The notes under the pieces are model-generated. The model was not told where the DNA came from, ran no database searches, and saw nothing but the letters and a program-made list of their open reading frames with translations. From Lytechinus pictus (taxonomy: Eukaryota), in contig NC_087251.1 of assembly GCF_037042905.1 (NCBI RefSeq), positions 14,386,001 through 14,450,000 of the forward strand: a stretch of DNA of 64,000 nucleotides, given 5' to 3'. The position numbers and the translations under genes are program-made. This document shows, piece after piece, positions 61,261 to 64,000 of this stretch. Within the stretch, counting starts at the first letter, position 1, and the number at the start of each line of letters is the position of its first letter.

Positions 61261-64000
61261 CAGGGTCGTAGCTAGAGGGGGGGGGGGGGTGACACCCCCA
61301 ACATTCATGGCAGTTTGCAAATTCATTTACCAGTTGGCAAAATGGAGGATAGAGGAGAAAAAGAAAGAAAGAATGAAGAAAGAAAGAACGGAAGGAAGGA
61401 AGGAAAGAAAGAAAGAATGGAAGGAAGGAAAGAAAGAAAGAGCCTGATAGAGGTACTACATGTACATTCGAAGTAGATAGAGAAAAGATAACCAGTTTGC
61501 AAGTCCATGTAGGCAGGCTTAGGTTCCTACCAATCGGCAAAATACAAAGAACAAAAAAAAAGATGGAGCTATAAAATACAAAGTAAGCAAAAAAAACTTG
61601 AGTTTCAAATTATACCAGTTATTGACGATTTGACCTACACAATACATGTAATTTTTCAAAATAAGGAGAGGCAGGACTAGGTAAAGAATATGGGGTGGGG
61701 TGAATTTCCAAAGTTGAAATTAAATAATTAAAGCCATTATAGTTGGCAAATTATGGAGTGGGCATATAAAGTGGCAAAACACTGTAGGCTCTACCAGTCG
61801 GTAAAGTGCTGTACAATTACTGCCCAGTTGGCAAAATTCAGATCTGAAAAGAACAGAACACAACTTATGTTAAGCCATATACAGTTGGCAAATTCATGAT
61901 GCCAATTAATTCATCAAGTTTGCAGTTGGCAAAAAACACAAAAAAATGTCATAAGTTAGTAAGACTACATATTATATATTTCATATTACATAAGATTTTT
62001 TTCATAACTTTAATGAAACATATTGCTTAGGGCCTATGTGTTCATCACTTGTGCTCGCATATTGTCTGTTAACTTTAATGAGAGAAATAATCCTATTCAA
62101 AGGGAATAAATCGCATTAAAACATTCCGTTTTTAAGTCAATTGAATTGCTCGCACTTCGAGCTTTTATCATTTTATGTAGTAACATCTTTTTCACAACTA
62201 CTTAAAGTGATTGCCCCCTTTTAAGGTCTAGTGAATATAAAACATTTCCAACCCGTGCTTACGTTCGTATGTTAAGGTCTTAAAGAGGACCTGAGCTTAA
62301 CGCGTAACTCGCTCCCTAGGTTATTGAAAATGTGTCCAGTGTGTGCGCGCAGTGCCTCTGTGTTTGCATCTGTGTTGTTTGGAATGGGATGCACGCACAG
62401 GATCCTCTACATGCACAAGCACACGATTGCCTTCGACATGTAAGATTTGCTCTTCATCATATGCTGCACTTTTTTACCAAGTTACTATATGTCCTAAATT
62501 TCTTTTTATTTGTATTTTTAGAATGGACTTCAAACCAAAAAGGAAAAACTTATAAAGTGGTTTGTGCGTGGATATTTTACAAATTAGAATAACATGGATT
62601 GAAAAGGGAAAGGCGGGGGCAATGCTTAACATATTTTCATTTGGAGGGGGGGGGGGGGGGGCAAGACATAAGGGAACGTATATTCATCTGGTTATTATAT
62701 GTCTTGAATTTCTTTTATTTTTATTTTTAGAATGGACTACATACGAAAAAAAGGAGAAAAAAACTTAACCAGAAGCCTATAGAGTGTTTCGTGCGTGAAC
62801 ATTTTACAAATTAGAATAACATGGATTCAAAAAGTAAAAGCTGGGGCGGCGCTTAACATATTTTTATTTGGAGGAGGGGGGGGGGGGGGTAGGCAAAGAC
62901 AATAGGGTACTTATATTACCAGGTTATAATATGTCTTAAATCTCTTTTTTTAATAAGTATTTATAGAATGGACTACAAACCAAAAAAAGGAAGAAAAACT
63001 TAAGCAGAATTAATAGAGTGTATTGTGCGTGAATATTTAAAAAAATTAGAATAACATGGATTTAAAAAGTAAATCTGGGCCGGCACTTAACATATTTTCA
63101 TTTGGAGAGGGGGAGGCAATAATAAGGGTACATAGTTGGTTGTTTTTGTAGTAATTTGTAAGTTGAGGAAAGCCTTTTTGAACTGATTGCTGAGATATAT
63201 ATAGGCTCTTTTTTTCCGCGAGAGAGTAGCGTTTTGGGAAAAATTCAAATCTGAAGTGTCAAAACTCGCTTCATGGTGCTATTCACTGTTGAGATAAAAG
63301 GGCATTAATTCTAATTATTGAGGTCAAATCACGACCTCAAATATTCGGATATCTTGTAATAAGACATGGAAATGAAACATTTCGAGTATTTTTTTAAATA
63401 TTAAAAAAGATGTGTACCTAACTAAGGAATTAATGCCAGCTGTAGGTTCGAGCTGATTTTGTTTCTATATAGGACCTTCTGACCTGAAAAGGAACCTGAT
63501 ATGGTCTGCATTTAGTGACTTATGAATATGATAGGGCTACATATCTCGCCAATGAAATAATGCGAGCCCGAGGCTCGAGTTGAAAGTTTGTGATATCCCA
63601 CCCCTGAAAACTGAAAATTTTAACATTTAACCTTTTAACATTTTTTTAACCAGAAATATATATAATGAACATTTGTTAAAAAATTAATTGATGCCAGCGC
63701 GAAACGCGAGGAAAAATTTGTTATTATTTCAAACTTAGATACTGGACATTCTTAACATTTTGAAAACCATAAACATGATAAGGTATACCTTACTCACTAA
63801 TAATTAATAGAGCGGGAAGCACGTGCCAAAATCAAGTGATTTTCTAACCAAAAATGTATAATTTATTTCTAAAAAAGTATATATTCGTTAGAAAAAGACA
63901 TATTTAATTTTGGAATACATCGTATTTTGGAAAATCATTAGTTTCCTGCGGCTATTATTATTATTTTTTGTGGGGGGGGGGGTAGGGGCAAGGGGGCACT
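61261..64000. mobile_element. hAT-like composite element running off the window, with CAGTTGGCAAA motifs and three ~210-240-bp tandem units (~62480-63130)
   Basis: CAGGGTCGTAGCTAG plus G-run terminus; repeated GAATGGACT...AAATTAGAATAACATGGATT units; degenerate GCGCGAA motifs. Confidence 0.5.

Overview
AT-rich, repeat-dense eukaryotic (metazoan) genomic DNA; the repeat repertoire suggests an invertebrate deuterostome such as a sea urchin, which is inference only. It holds one complete protein-coding gene on the + strand, an hnRNP L orthologue. I could hand-splice it into 16 coding exons (ATG 25324, TAA 57088; 1608 nt, 535 aa, four RRMs plus a G/P/Y-rich linker) with every exon phase consistent. 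Two of its introns are minor-spliceosome AT-AC (U12) introns (38240-39045 and 47403-49066). The intron matching the vertebrate autoregulated intron holds a candidate CA-flanked poison exon starting at 43484. A 10.9-kb Foldback/Mutator-type element (14373-25257, perfect 9-bp TSD, very long modular inverted arms built from a ~70-bp satellite, no transposase) ends 66 bp upstream of the ATG and splits the apparent promoter. A hAT-type element is nested in its right arm. The rest is non-autonomous DNA transposons (Kolobok-, Harbinger-, piggyBac-, hAT-, Tc1/pogo-, Helentron- and possibly Crypton-like), truncated non-LTR retrotransposons (CR1/L2-group, RTE-X-like, R2/Hero-like) and simple repeats. 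Most short ORFs in the supplied track are spurious.
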